Below, in pieces: positions 1 through 8,714 of a stretch of 55,514 bases of DNA. A model generated the notes under the pieces. It was not told the DNA's origin and made no database searches. It saw only the letters and a list, made by a program, of their open reading frames with translations. Position 1 is the first letter of the stretch. Each line of letters opens with the position of its first letter. A program made the position numbers and the translations under genes. This DNA comes from a virus (Duplodnaviria; Caudoviricetes). The stretch covers positions 1 to 55,514 of IMG/VR virus record IMGVR_UViG_3300036781_000044. One strand, written 5' to 3'.

Positions 1-176
1 TGCGTCAGTGAGCACGCTTGACGAAATCGAAATGTTCATCGCGTATGCACACTCCAGATCGCGTCTGCGACTTTCTCGTGATCGAAATTACCGATCACGA
101 CGTCAGCTTCACTGCACATAACGAGCCGATCAAGCTTGCCGTGCTTGCGCGCGACGTGCTTGGGATCGAGGATGAC
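1..176. repeat. Terminal direct repeat, left copy (circular overlap)
   Basis: Matches 55339-55514 except G128 vs A55466. Confidence 0.95.
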
Positions 177-491
177 GACGAACTGTTCTTGTTTGTGGGG
201 GCCGACAAGATACGGCATCATCGCATCGACATAGATGATGTACCGGCAGAAACTCGTCTTCGCCAGTCGTTCACATGTGATTTCTTGCAGGCGTGGGCTG
301 TCGAAATGCGGCGTCGCGTGCTTGACTTCCCACCACGATGTTTTGTTGCAGACGTTGAACGTAAAATCAGGCGTGCCGCCCTTACGCACGTCTTGAATGG
401 GCACGATGAGCGGCACGTATGTCGCGCGTGGTACTTCAAGCACGTCGAATAAGTCTTGTTTGAGCGGTGTTTCTCGTTTCGCGATTCTCAC
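36..491 (-). CDS. PD-(D/E)XK nuclease, VRR-NUC/Holliday junction resolvase-like
   Basis: GTPDF...WEVK motif; across the circular join its TGA overlaps the ATG of the beta-clamp gene. Confidence 0.6.
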   Translation of the reverse strand: MRIAKRETPLKQDLFDVLEVPRATYVPLIVPIQDVRKGGTPDFTFNVCNKTSWWEVKHATPHFDSPRLQEITCERLAKTSFCRYIIYVDAMMPYLVGPHKQEQFVVILDPKHVARKHGKLDRLVMCSEADVVIGNFDHEKVADAIWSVHTR

Positions 492-826
492 GATTGCACG
501 CTCTGTGACATGCGAATCAAGCCGCGGGCGTCAGCGGTGTAATAGAAAATCTGCAGTCCGAGGGCGAGCGCGATGCTCAATTCAAGCGTCGCACCCTTCG
601 ACGCCGGATAGCCTGCGAGCAGGATGATCGCGTCGCAGTCGAGCAGCAATCGGATGTCTTCTTTGAGATGATCGGCCCATGACTTGTTCGTGTCGTTCTC
701 GGACTCTTTCTCGTGAGGCGAAACGATTGTCAGGCCTTCTGATCGGAGCAGCGTGCATGCGAGCGTGAACGCTGGGAAGTTGTATTGCGGGTAGCCCGTC
801 ATTGGGCCAGACAGATAGTATTTCAC
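488..826 (-). CDS. DUF4406 / nucleoside 2-deoxyribosyltransferase-like protein
   Basis: YLSGPMTG.P.YNFPAF, CDAIILL.G...SKGA.LE motifs; start placed at GTG 826 (ORF track starts at 865). Confidence 0.8.
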   Translation of the reverse strand: MKYYLSGPMTGYPQYNFPAFTLACTLLRSEGLTIVSPHEKESENDTNKSWADHLKEDIRLLLDCDAIILLAGYPASKGATLELSIALALGLQIFYYTADARGLIRMSQSVQS

Positions 827-827
827 G

Positions 828-1025
828 TCACGCCTCGTCGTTGGGATCGTTGAAGATGAACTCAAGACACGGAAACGTCAAAATCGCGCCATTCTCAAAA
901 TGAATGACGACAAACGGATCGCCCTCTTCATCTGCGTCAGACTGTGTGATATCGACGACGCGTAACCCGATGCAGCCGCCAATGACTTCACGAATGTTCT
1001 TGTAATCGCCGTCTGGCACGCTCAC
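828..1025 (-). CDS. hypothetical protein
   Basis: 65-aa ORF coupled to its neighbours. Confidence 0.55.
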   Translation of the reverse strand: MSVPDGDYKNIREVIGGCIGLRVVDITQSDADEEGDPFVVIHFENGAILTFPCLEFIFNDPNDEA

Positions 1026-1225
1026 AAGTCTTCTGCCGTCATGACGCGCGTTTCGTGCAATGGCTCAGCATCCGTCCACTTGATCGTCGTTGGCGTCAGT
1101 TCAGCCGGTAGATTCGCGCTGTGGATCGCTTGCTGCATCGCGTCGCTGACGCTTGACGCTTCTGCGACGAGCACGACACATTCTTGCCGCATGATGCGCA
1201 TGAGCTTGACCCGATACGATTTCAT
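1022..1225 (-). CDS. hypothetical protein
   Basis: 67-aa ORF just downstream of a predicted promoter; ATGA-type overlap. Confidence 0.55.
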   Translation of the reverse strand: MKSYRVKLMRIMRQECVVLVAEASSVSDAMQQAIHSANLPAELTPTTIKWTDAEPLHETRVMTAEDL

Positions 1226-1248
1226 GGGGTTTCTCTCGTGAGTCGCTG

Positions 1249-1277
1249 ACTCTAACAGCGGTATAAATCTGGGTCAA
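1249..1277 (-). promoter_or_regulatory. sigma70-like promoter
   Basis: TTGACC-N17-TAGAGT on the minus strand, between the polymerase stop and the next ORF. Confidence 0.6.
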
Positions 1278-1281
1278 GCAC

Positions 1282-4200
1282 TTATTTCGCTTCAGCCCAA
1301 CTTTTCCCTGTCCCGACTTCCCACAAGATCGGCACGGCAAGATCGAACGACTGCTCGTTCAACAGCGCACTGATCTTGTTCGCGGTTTCGACGTCAGGCA
1401 CGTCGCCGCAGATTTCATCGTGAATCGTCATGCGCATCGTGAACCCAAGCTCTTTGCGCATCTTGTAAAGCTCGACGAGCTTTGTTTTCATGATGTCAGC
1501 CGCGCTGCCTTGAATCACGGCGTTCAGTGCTTTGTGGATCTTGAAATCGTTGGGGAAACGTGAGCGACGCCCGAGCATCGTTTTCACATATCCGCGATGC
1601 TTGAACTTGCGATGCAGTTCGTCAGCCGGATTGCACCACTTGTTACAGCTAGACATCGCCAAGTGCATGGCGCGTCGCAACAAGGGTTTGACTTCTGGCA
1701 TCTCACGCGCGTAGATCGCATCGACTTCACGTGCAGGCGCGAGACGCGGATCGCTCGACTGCGTTTCAGCCGCCGTGATTTGATTGCCTTCGTCTTCTGT
1801 AATGAATCCCATCATGACGGCGGTCTTGACGATACCGCCGCCATAGATGCGCATGAAATTGAAATTCTTCATGCCTGAATACGACAGATCAGGCTTGCGC
1901 GGCTGCATGATCGCATACATGAACTTGTGAAAGTTCATGTCCGGTTTCTTCTTGTAAGCGTCGAGCACGCGCTTATTTTGCGCACGACTCGCGAACAAGC
2001 GGTATTCGATCTGTGCCGCGTCACCGGCGAGAAATAGACCGCTGCCCGCGATGTAGAGTTCACGCGGGAAATAGTCGTCACCAAAATCACGCGTGTGATT
2101 GTCGTGATTCGGCACTTGCTGAATGTAGGGCGCAGAGAATCGTCCGCTGACGGTACCGCGTTTTCCCTTGTCATCGTCGATACGTAGTTGATGAAGCTCG
2201 AATCGCAGAATGCCATTGTGATCAATCACGCTGGGATACGCGTTGAACACTTTGCTTCGCAGTGAATCAAGCTGGGCGGCGAATCGCGCTTTGACCACCG
2301 TCGGATGCGTCATGCGTGCGAGCAGCGCATCTTTCGGGCGCTTCGCTTTGAACTCGGGAACTGCGAGTGCAAACCGCTCGAAAAGACGCTGCCACGACTG
2401 CGCGCTATCATCGAACGTGAAACCGGCCTCGGACGAAATCTCTTTGATGAGCCGGAAGTAATGTGCTTCTGACGCGTCTGACATGCGCTTGAATAGCTCC
2501 ATGTCGAGCGGCGCGCCGTTCTTTTCCATCTCGCAGACGATCGGGATCACGGCGTCTTCAAGCGCGCGAACTTTTTGGAGTTCTTGTTCGTCGAGGAGCG
2601 GCCACATGGCAGCTTTGAGTTCTGCTACCGTATTAACGTCACCCTCAGCGCGGACGGCGACTTCTGCGGGCGTGTAATGCGCCATGCGGGTCGGGTCGAG
2701 ATCCATCCCGGCTTTCTCACGACCGAGGAAATCTTTCGCCAGTTCGTTCAGTGCGAAGCGTTTACGATGATCGTCGAGCAGCGCCGCGTAGTGCATGACG
2801 TCGCTGAACTCGCAGCCAAGCTCTGTGAGATCGGCGCCCCACTCGCGCGACATGTGGATATCGAATTTGATGTTGGCGTTCGTGATGCGCTTACGTTTGA
2901 CTTGTTCGTTGAACCAACGACGCATCACATTTTCGTCGAGGTTATCAGGACTGCCCTGATGGCCCCACGGGAAATACTTGCTGCGTCCGTTCCAGCGAAC
3001 AGCCGCGCCAATGGGCTTGTCTTTGCCGTTGAGCCATTCAAGCCCGTTAGTCTCAAAGTCAATTTCGAGGTCATTGACGTTATCAAGAATCGGTGGATCT
3101 TCACGTCGCCACGTCTCGCGCGGTACCGGCTGTTCGCCCAAGAATTGGATCAGCGACGTCGCTTTCGGCGTTTCATCGACTTCAGGGAACGGCGGCACCA
3201 TCACGAGCAATGCGTCACGATGTTCGCGCAGTAAGTCGCGTTCTTCATCGGTCAGCGTGCTCGATTTCGTCACCATCAATTTGCCGCGCTTGTCGTAAAT
3301 CGCATGCTCGTTTGCGGCCAGTCGCGCAATCACGTCAGCAGGCGTCAACTTCGGCACAACGCGCTCTAACGTCTCTGACGCTTGCTGCGCGATCATCTTC
3401 AGCAGATCCGTGTTGATGACAGGCGCGTTGATGTTGACGTGGAGTTCTTGCACCGTGGTGTCAAAACTTTGACTATTGATGAAGTCGAGCGCAGACGGTA
3501 CAGCGGGCTCGACGATGCGCGGGGCGGGTTCTATGACGTCTACAGCGTCGAGCGTCGTTGGATCGAAGCTGACGTCGCTGTCGCCCGGTTCGCTCGTCTC
3601 AGCGTCGTCAGTGACGTCAGACACGCGCTCGGGCGTGACAAGCTCGACAGGCAAATCCTCTGGTAACACAAGCGTGCCTGATTTCTTCACTTCATAGAAC
3701 GTCTCGCCCTCGCCTTGCTTGCCGAGGCCGTTACTCGCACTCAAGCGATCTTTCTGCTTGCATACATCGTATTTGCCGTCAGCGATGGCCGCAAGACGCT
3801 CGTTGAGCGGATACAGACGACTGCCAATGTTGATAATGAAGACGCCGCCAGGCTTCAACGCGCGCATCGTGCGATGAATCAACGGCGCGTAGAAGCCGGC
3901 GCACCACGCATCGAACGTCGCATAGCGGTTGCCACTGCTCGTCTGCTCACCAGGCGCATACCATTCAGTGTCGTAATACGGCGGTGACGTCATCGCGAAA
4001 TCGAACGTCTCGGCAGGTAGCGTGACATCCTCGAAGGGCGATGGATGTATCGTGGCGTTGAACGTGCTACGAAATGACTGGATGAACGCGAGTAGTTGTG
4101 TGAGTCCCGCGACAGTTTTTGTGGAGGGCTCGCAACACGTGTAAGAGTTAACGACAGCGGAGAATCCGAGCATGCGACCGCCCCAGCCGGCACAGGGATC

Positions 4201-4686
4201 GAGCACATGACAATGCTTGTTAAGGCCGTATTCTTTGGCGAGATCACGAGCCACATGTGGTGGAAACTCCTGCACGTATGACGTGCCCTGCACGCCCATG
4301 CCGATCGACGCGTAGAGCAAGTCTTTCGTGTTGCCTTTCTTCTTGTTCAGCAGCACGACACGTGCGAGTCCACGCACGAAGCCGGGATCTTTCAACGCTT
4401 GATACAGACTGATCGGGAAACGCTTCGTGCCGGTGTCGAGACGATGCGGATTGAACATCAATGAGATGCGTTGTCCGCTGCGTTCACCGGCACACAGATT
4501 CGCGTATTCGACCACAGCGTCAAATCGATTCGTCAACAGCGCGGCAAACTGCGGCACGCTGATGTCTTTTAGCTGGGTATGCAACGCAAGCGCGAGCGCG
4601 TCACGCGAGATGTCGGCGCCTGAGACCGCGGTGATCTCGTCGCCAAAGAGGTTGGTATCGGTGTCGAGTGCGACGGTATCGGTCAT
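1282..4686 (-). CDS. polA: DNA amino-methyltransferase / family A DNA polymerase fusion
   Basis: N-terminal LDPCAGWGG (motif I) and TSPPYY (motif IV); acidic linker; exonuclease IDFETNG; polymerase motifs DAAQIEYR, KNFNFMRIYG, IQGSAADIMK, IHDEI. Confidence 0.9.
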   Translation of the reverse strand: MTDTVALDTDTNLFGDEITAVSGADISRDALALALHTQLKDISVPQFAALLTNRFDAVVEYANLCAGERSGQRISLMFNPHRLDTGTKRFPISLYQALKDPGFVRGLARVVLLNKKKGNTKDLLYASIGMGVQGTSYVQEFPPHVARDLAKEYGLNKHCHVLDPCAGWGGRMLGFSAVVNSYTCCEPSTKTVAGLTQLLAFIQSFRSTFNATIHPSPFEDVTLPAETFDFAMTSPPYYDTEWYAPGEQTSSGNRYATFDAWCAGFYAPLIHRTMRALKPGGVFIINIGSRLYPLNERLAAIADGKYDVCKQKDRLSASNGLGKQGEGETFYEVKKSGTLVLPEDLPVELVTPERVSDVTDDAETSEPGDSDVSFDPTTLDAVDVIEPAPRIVEPAVPSALDFINSQSFDTTVQELHVNINAPVINTDLLKMIAQQASETLERVVPKLTPADVIARLAANEHAIYDKRGKLMVTKSSTLTDEERDLLREHRDALLVMVPPFPEVDETPKATSLIQFLGEQPVPRETWRREDPPILDNVNDLEIDFETNGLEWLNGKDKPIGAAVRWNGRSKYFPWGHQGSPDNLDENVMRRWFNEQVKRKRITNANIKFDIHMSREWGADLTELGCEFSDVMHYAALLDDHRKRFALNELAKDFLGREKAGMDLDPTRMAHYTPAEVAVRAEGDVNTVAELKAAMWPLLDEQELQKVRALEDAVIPIVCEMEKNGAPLDMELFKRMSDASEAHYFRLIKEISSEAGFTFDDSAQSWQRLFERFALAVPEFKAKRPKDALLARMTHPTVVKARFAAQLDSLRSKVFNAYPSVIDHNGILRFELHQLRIDDDKGKRGTVSGRFSAPYIQQVPNHDNHTRDFGDDYFPRELYIAGSGLFLAGDAAQIEYRLFASRAQNKRVLDAYKKKPDMNFHKFMYAIMQPRKPDLSYSGMKNFNFMRIYGGGIVKTAVMMGFITEDEGNQITAAETQSSDPRLAPAREVDAIYAREMPEVKPLLRRAMHLAMSSCNKWCNPADELHRKFKHRGYVKTMLGRRSRFPNDFKIHKALNAVIQGSAADIMKTKLVELYKMRKELGFTMRMTIHDEICGDVPDVETANKISALLNEQSFDLAVPILWEVGTGKSWAEAK

Positions 4687-5270
4687 GAACTCAAACCAGA
4701 AATTTGTCTACGCAAGCTTGCTGCTCGTTTTTCAAGTCGAGCGAGTCGATCCTGTGGCGTCATAGGCAAAGATTGCCTCACGCTTGAAAACAGTAGTTGA
4801 ATGTTTTCACTTGCCGCGCTGCGTACCAGACTACGCGCGTTGGATCTCCTGATGCGCGGGGAGAAGAAAGCATCTTGCGCCGCCCATAAGATCCAAATAA
4901 AGCGTATGACAGAACCTTCTGCGTAGTTAACAACGATGTAGTTTTCCCCATTGACGATCTTCGACTGATTGATCGTCAATCCAGCGCCCTTACAGATTTT
5001 CACTTCCCAATCGCGTTCATGCCTGCACAGATCGCAATGTCCATTGCCTTTTGTGAATGATCCGCAGTGCTGCACAATCGCTTTCTCGATTTTCTCTGAC
5101 AGATCGCGTGCAATGACACCAGCAGACGGCGGCGTGAAGCCGAAATCCTCGAAAATCGGTCCCACCTTCACGTATAGATTTTTGAGTTTTCTAAACGTCG
5201 AATTGACAGCAGAGATGATGCCTTCGTTTTCATCAAGCGTCAACGGACGATACGAAGGTGGCAGGTTCAT
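4683..5270 (-). CDS. putative PD-(D/E)XK (restriction-like) endonuclease
   Basis: E..IEKAI...CDL...WEVK pattern; ATG at 5270 follows the upstream stop; its stop overlaps the MTase-Pol start. Confidence 0.5.
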   Translation of the reverse strand: MNLPPSYRPLTLDENEGIISAVNSTFRKLKNLYVKVGPIFEDFGFTPPSAGVIARDLSEKIEKAIVQHCGSFTKGNGHCDLCRHERDWEVKICKGAGLTINQSKIVNGENYIVVNYAEGSVIRFIWILWAAQDAFFSPRIRRSNARSLVRSAASENIQLLFSSVRQSLPMTPQDRLARLEKRAASLRRQISGLSS

Positions 5271-5272
5271 GC

Positions 5273-5494
5273 TCAGTCTAATTCGACTTTCTTCCCGCTG
5301 ACGATCCGCGTCCCGCTGCTCGCTTTGAGATGCGCTGTGGGCGAATACCCGAAGAACAGCGACTCGTCGCACGTCGCGCAGCGATATCGGCCGGGCCCTA
5401 GCCACTGCAGCGCGCCGCCGCAGTCAGCATGACGCATCGGCGCGCGCTCGCGTCTGACGAGCTTGTGTTCGATTCGTGGCGCTTTATCTGTCAT
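5273..5494 (-). CDS. small zinc-ribbon protein
   Basis: HADC...CATC. Confidence 0.5.
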   Translation of the reverse strand: MTDKAPRIEHKLVRRERAPMRHADCGGALQWLGPGRYRCATCDESLFFGYSPTAHLKASSGTRIVSGKKVELD

Positions 5495-5495
5495 G

Positions 5496-5738
5496 TCAGC
5501 GCCGATCGTGATCGAAATTGCGCGGCGGATTCTCACGCTCCGGCACGTCACGCATCGAACGACGTGCCGCCATCATCTCATCCGCCAGTTGATACGCGGT
5601 CAGCGCGACCCACGCGAGACGAAGATCGAGATTCTGACGTTCACTCCACTTATGGATCAATTCGCGCATCGCATCACGCGCAATGTCGTCGCGTAACTTG
5701 AGGTCGTTAACGATGCCGTCACGATCGAAAGGTGGCAT
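5496..5738 (-). CDS. hypothetical protein
   Basis: MPPFDRDG start with AGGAG RBS. Confidence 0.55.
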   Translation of the reverse strand: MPPFDRDGIVNDLKLRDDIARDAMRELIHKWSERQNLDLRLAWVALTAYQLADEMMAARRSMRDVPERENPPRNFDHDRR

Positions 5739-5745
5739 AACACTC

Positions 5746-6432
5746 CTATGCCGCGACGTTCCAAAACAACGCGCCGGGTGACGCATGCTGCTTGACGATG
5801 CGCCACGCTTTGGCATCGAACTCGGGCATTGACGGGAACGGCGGCGGAAAACGTGCTGGTTGATCGAACGCTTCGTCAGCGGTGTAAATCGTCGCTTTGC
5901 CTGCGTCAGGATGATGTCCAACTTTGACGCCGTAAAACGTCGCATCAGGCCATGCCATCTGCAGCGCGCGGGTGAGAGTGCCACTACTCGCGATGCTCCA
6001 GACTTCTGTTGGCTGAACAGGCAGCTTCATTGCGACGTCAGCGAGTGCCAAGAGAAACATGGGAGCGTCGAGCCCAAACGGCAGTAAGCGAGCGCCATAC
6101 TCTGCGCAATACGCCCGCGCTTTTGCCGTCACGTTGCTCAACATGCCGAACGGCACTTCCACGATCGTGGCGCCAGCTTCAATCGCCCGCACTGTCAGCG
6201 GCGCCAGTATCTTGCGTTTCGCACAGAAGATCGTCGCGCGTTTCCCCTGCTCGCGACACGTATGCGCGAGTGCGACTTGTGCGGCGCCGAAGACAGGCGA
6301 CGCGTAGACATACTCGTCGTGCTGATGATCGAGAAAGACCCACAGCGCGCGACGCTTCGTGCCGCCTGGAATTAAGTCGTCACGCACGACATAAATGTTG
6401 TCGTGTAGTTCGATTACAGGCTCAGGCAGCAT
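5746..6432 (-). CDS. PLP-dependent enzyme (fold type II; D-Cys desulfhydrase/ACC deaminase-like, phage type)
   Basis: VRDDLIPGGTKRR (Schiff-base Lys), G.AQVALA, SSGTL.RAL phosphate loop, FWNVA C-terminus. Confidence 0.8.
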   Translation of the reverse strand: MLPEPVIELHDNIYVVRDDLIPGGTKRRALWVFLDHQHDEYVYASPVFGAAQVALAHTCREQGKRATIFCAKRKILAPLTVRAIEAGATIVEVPFGMLSNVTAKARAYCAEYGARLLPFGLDAPMFLLALADVAMKLPVQPTEVWSIASSGTLTRALQMAWPDATFYGVKVGHHPDAGKATIYTADEAFDQPARFPPPFPSMPEFDAKAWRIVKQHASPGALFWNVAA

Positions 6433-6905
6433 GCGTCCTCTTCGATGTTTTTACGGGTCCAGATCCACTGATACAACGTATCTTGCGTCAAGTAGATCAG
6501 CGCGCCGTCAGGCACGACGATCCACGCACGACGTTTCGCGCGCATCGCATAGCGCACGGTCGCCCACGTACCAGAACGCAAGATTGGATGTTCTTGTGCA
6601 GGTGTCGCGACGAGTCGCGCGCAATCGTTGACGATGTATTTGTTACGAACGAGTGGCGCGAACGCCGTAAGCCGGTAATCTCCCGGCTGCAGCGGACAGA
6701 CGCCGCGTTGTTTGTGCGTTGAGGGGTGCTCGATGATTTGTGCGTCGAGTGATTGTGCTATCTCGTGGGCTTGCTCGTCAGCGCCTGGCGCGCCGCCATG
6801 ATGCAAGACAGAAATGCCAAAGCGTTGAAAGACGCGCAGCAACGTGTGACGTTGTGCGGGTGTCATGCCTTGACGCGTTCCTGTGAACCCGATGACCATT
6901 AGCAC
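6414..6905 (-). CDS. SLOG superfamily (YspA/DprA-like) protein
   Basis: IGFTGTR, HHGGAPGAD, RN..IV, SGTWATVRYA. Confidence 0.75.
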   Translation of the reverse strand: MLMVIGFTGTRQGMTPAQRHTLLRVFQRFGISVLHHGGAPGADEQAHEIAQSLDAQIIEHPSTHKQRGVCPLQPGDYRLTAFAPLVRNKYIVNDCARLVATPAQEHPILRSGTWATVRYAMRAKRRAWIVVPDGALIYLTQDTLYQWIWTRKNIEEDACCLSL

Positions 6906-6914
6906 TCCGACGAC

Positions 6915-6970
6915 GAAGAAAAATGACGGCGCGCTGGCTGCGACAGTTGCCTGCCTTGTCCAGCGCGCCG
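6915..6970 (-). terminator. putative intrinsic terminator/attenuator
   Basis: 11-bp stem 6927-6937/6960-6970 followed by TCATTTTTCTT on the minus strand; the loop is unusually large (22 nt). Confidence 0.45.
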
Positions 6971-7077
6971 GCCTAGGGAGAAGTTTTAGGGCTATACCCC
7001 GGCGACTGAGCCCGGCGCGTCGCGCAGCCTGTCACGTCGCTGTAACACGACGCACGTTGACTGCGCGACCCGACGTC

Positions 7078-7548
7078 CTAGCTCTGCGTCGCGGCGATCT
7101 TCGCGCGCAGCTTCGCGGCGCGTTCCTCGATCTTCGCGAGCTTCTCCGCGGGCGTCAGCTTCGGCGCGTTCGCACGTGCCGCCTTGCGTTCCTCGGCCGT
7201 CATCGTCGCACGCGTCTTGCGCGGTTCTCCGAACTGATCGCTGTCGAGCGTGAACGACGCGGGGCCCGTCTTGTCGGCGAAAAACGACTTCGAGAATCGC
7301 ACGCTGCCAGCGTAGCCGGCGACGTTGTAGGTGACGGCATTCGATTTGCGCTGCTTATCGTTGCGCACAAGGGACAGATTCATGACCTTCGACTCCTGTG
7401 TCTGCGACGTCGCTTCTGACGTCTGGGAAAGTGCGTCGTTCTGCGACGCGTCTGTTGACGGGGCTGACTGTACCGGAGCGTCGCTCGTCTTGTCAACGCT
7501 CTTTTTCGATTTCTTTGGCTTCGCGGACGTCGCTTTCTTCACGCTCAT
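7078..7548 (-). CDS. basic hypothetical protein (possible second in-frame start at 7383)
   Basis: CAGGAG RBS before both ATG 7548 and ATG 7383; Lys/Ala-rich termini. Confidence 0.65.
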   Translation of the reverse strand: MSVKKATSAKPKKSKKSVDKTSDAPVQSAPSTDASQNDALSQTSEATSQTQESKVMNLSLVRNDKQRKSNAVTYNVAGYAGSVRFSKSFFADKTGPASFTLDSDQFGEPRKTRATMTAEERKAARANAPKLTPAEKLAKIEERAAKLRAKIAATQS

Positions 7549-7578
7549 GTCTAGGATCTCCTGGGAAAATTCGTCGCG

Positions 7579-7827
7579 TCAGTGTGATGGATCGCCGTTC
7601 ACAATGTCAATGATTTTCCGGACGAACTCATCACGCGCGATGATAATTCGTGCCGCTTGCGTCGCGCTCAGCCCGACGAAAATATCGTTAGCGTTGTTGT
7701 CGGTGATCTGCAACGTCTTATCGTCTGGATCGTGCCCGAAGATCATCCAGCGTTTGAGCATGGGCGTTTCTTCGTCGAGATACTTTTCACGATACGGCGC
7801 GCGTCTGACGTCGATGGGAAGATTCAC
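7579..7827 (-). CDS. hypothetical protein
   Basis: 82-aa coupled ORF. Confidence 0.55.
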   Translation of the reverse strand: MNLPIDVRRAPYREKYLDEETPMLKRWMIFGHDPDDKTLQITDNNANDIFVGLSATQAARIIIARDEFVRKIIDIVNGDPSH

Positions 7828-8690
7828 GACAGTCGCGCGCTGTGCACCGGTCGCACAAGCGTCCCGCCGCGTGCGCGTGACGGCTTCAGTTCGCCTGGTA
7901 GCGGGAACTGCTCGTCGCTGGCGGCATACAGCGACTTCAGCGTTTCGTCGCGCAGAAACGCGAGTAACGCGCGTTCTGTCTTCTGATAGTGCTCGACTCG
8001 CGCGTCACGCTGACCGCTTGGTGTGCTCAGCAAGTAGTCGCGCAGCAAGAGCACTGTCCGCTCAACTTCGTTGCTGTAGCCGCCGGTCAACAGCACTTCT
8101 CCGAAGCGACGAATCTTCGCGAGATCCGCGGTATAGAACGCCCGCGCGATCACGGCGCAGACAGGCGCTTGTGTCAATCCCGCTCGCTTCGGAGACATCA
8201 CGTCGCACGCAAACGCGATGGCCTTCTGGTGCTCCTCCAGCCGCTTGAAGTTGTCAGCCTTCAACGCGCCTTGCATCTCTTGGCCGCCGTTGAGCACGCG
8301 CGCAATGGCCATTTGCTGAGTATTCGCCGGCGTGTCATGCGTCAGATTGTAAGTGTCGACGTTCTTGCGCTTGAACGAGTCATCCATGTAGTGGATGTCA
8401 GCACGCTCGAAACCTTCAGCAATGATGAACCGTTGCGACGTCTCTGACTGAATCACGGCCCACAGACGATGCTGACCGTTGATAACGCCGCCGTCTGCCA
8501 TGAAACAGATCGCGCTTTCACTGAATCCCCACTCGCCCCGTTTCATCATCGACGTATACCCATCGACGACGTGTTGACGCAGTTCACGATTGACGGCCTC
8601 GTGACTCAGCCATTTTTCTGCAATCGCCGGATCGACACACGCGACATACACTTTGATACGCTCGCCGCTCGAATACTTGAAGTTGACCAT
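7824..8690 (-). CDS. ParB/Srx-like (DGQHR-type) domain protein
   Basis: NR.L...V..Y...M..GEW, INGQHRLWAV. Confidence 0.75.
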   Translation of the reverse strand: MVNFKYSSGERIKVYVACVDPAIAEKWLSHEAVNRELRQHVVDGYTSMMKRGEWGFSESAICFMADGGVINGQHRLWAVIQSETSQRFIIAEGFERADIHYMDDSFKRKNVDTYNLTHDTPANTQQMAIARVLNGGQEMQGALKADNFKRLEEHQKAIAFACDVMSPKRAGLTQAPVCAVIARAFYTADLAKIRRFGEVLLTGGYSNEVERTVLLLRDYLLSTPSGQRDARVEHYQKTERALLAFLRDETLKSLYAASDEQFPLPGELKPSRARGGTLVRPVHSARLS

Positions 8691-8714
8691 TTGGGGATCT
8701 CCTGAAAAATCGGG

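Noticed and set aside
1-176. Biological direct terminal repeat (T7-like)
   Set aside because: It falls inside coding sequence across an ATGA gene junction, so an assembly overlap of a circularly permuted genome is more likely
1282-6432. Z-genome (DpoZ/PurZ), 7-deazaguanine or 5hmU hypermodification pathway
   Set aside because: No PurZ, DatZ, DpdA/QueC/FolE, dUMP hydroxymethylase or 5hmU kinase is recognisable, and ThyX is present
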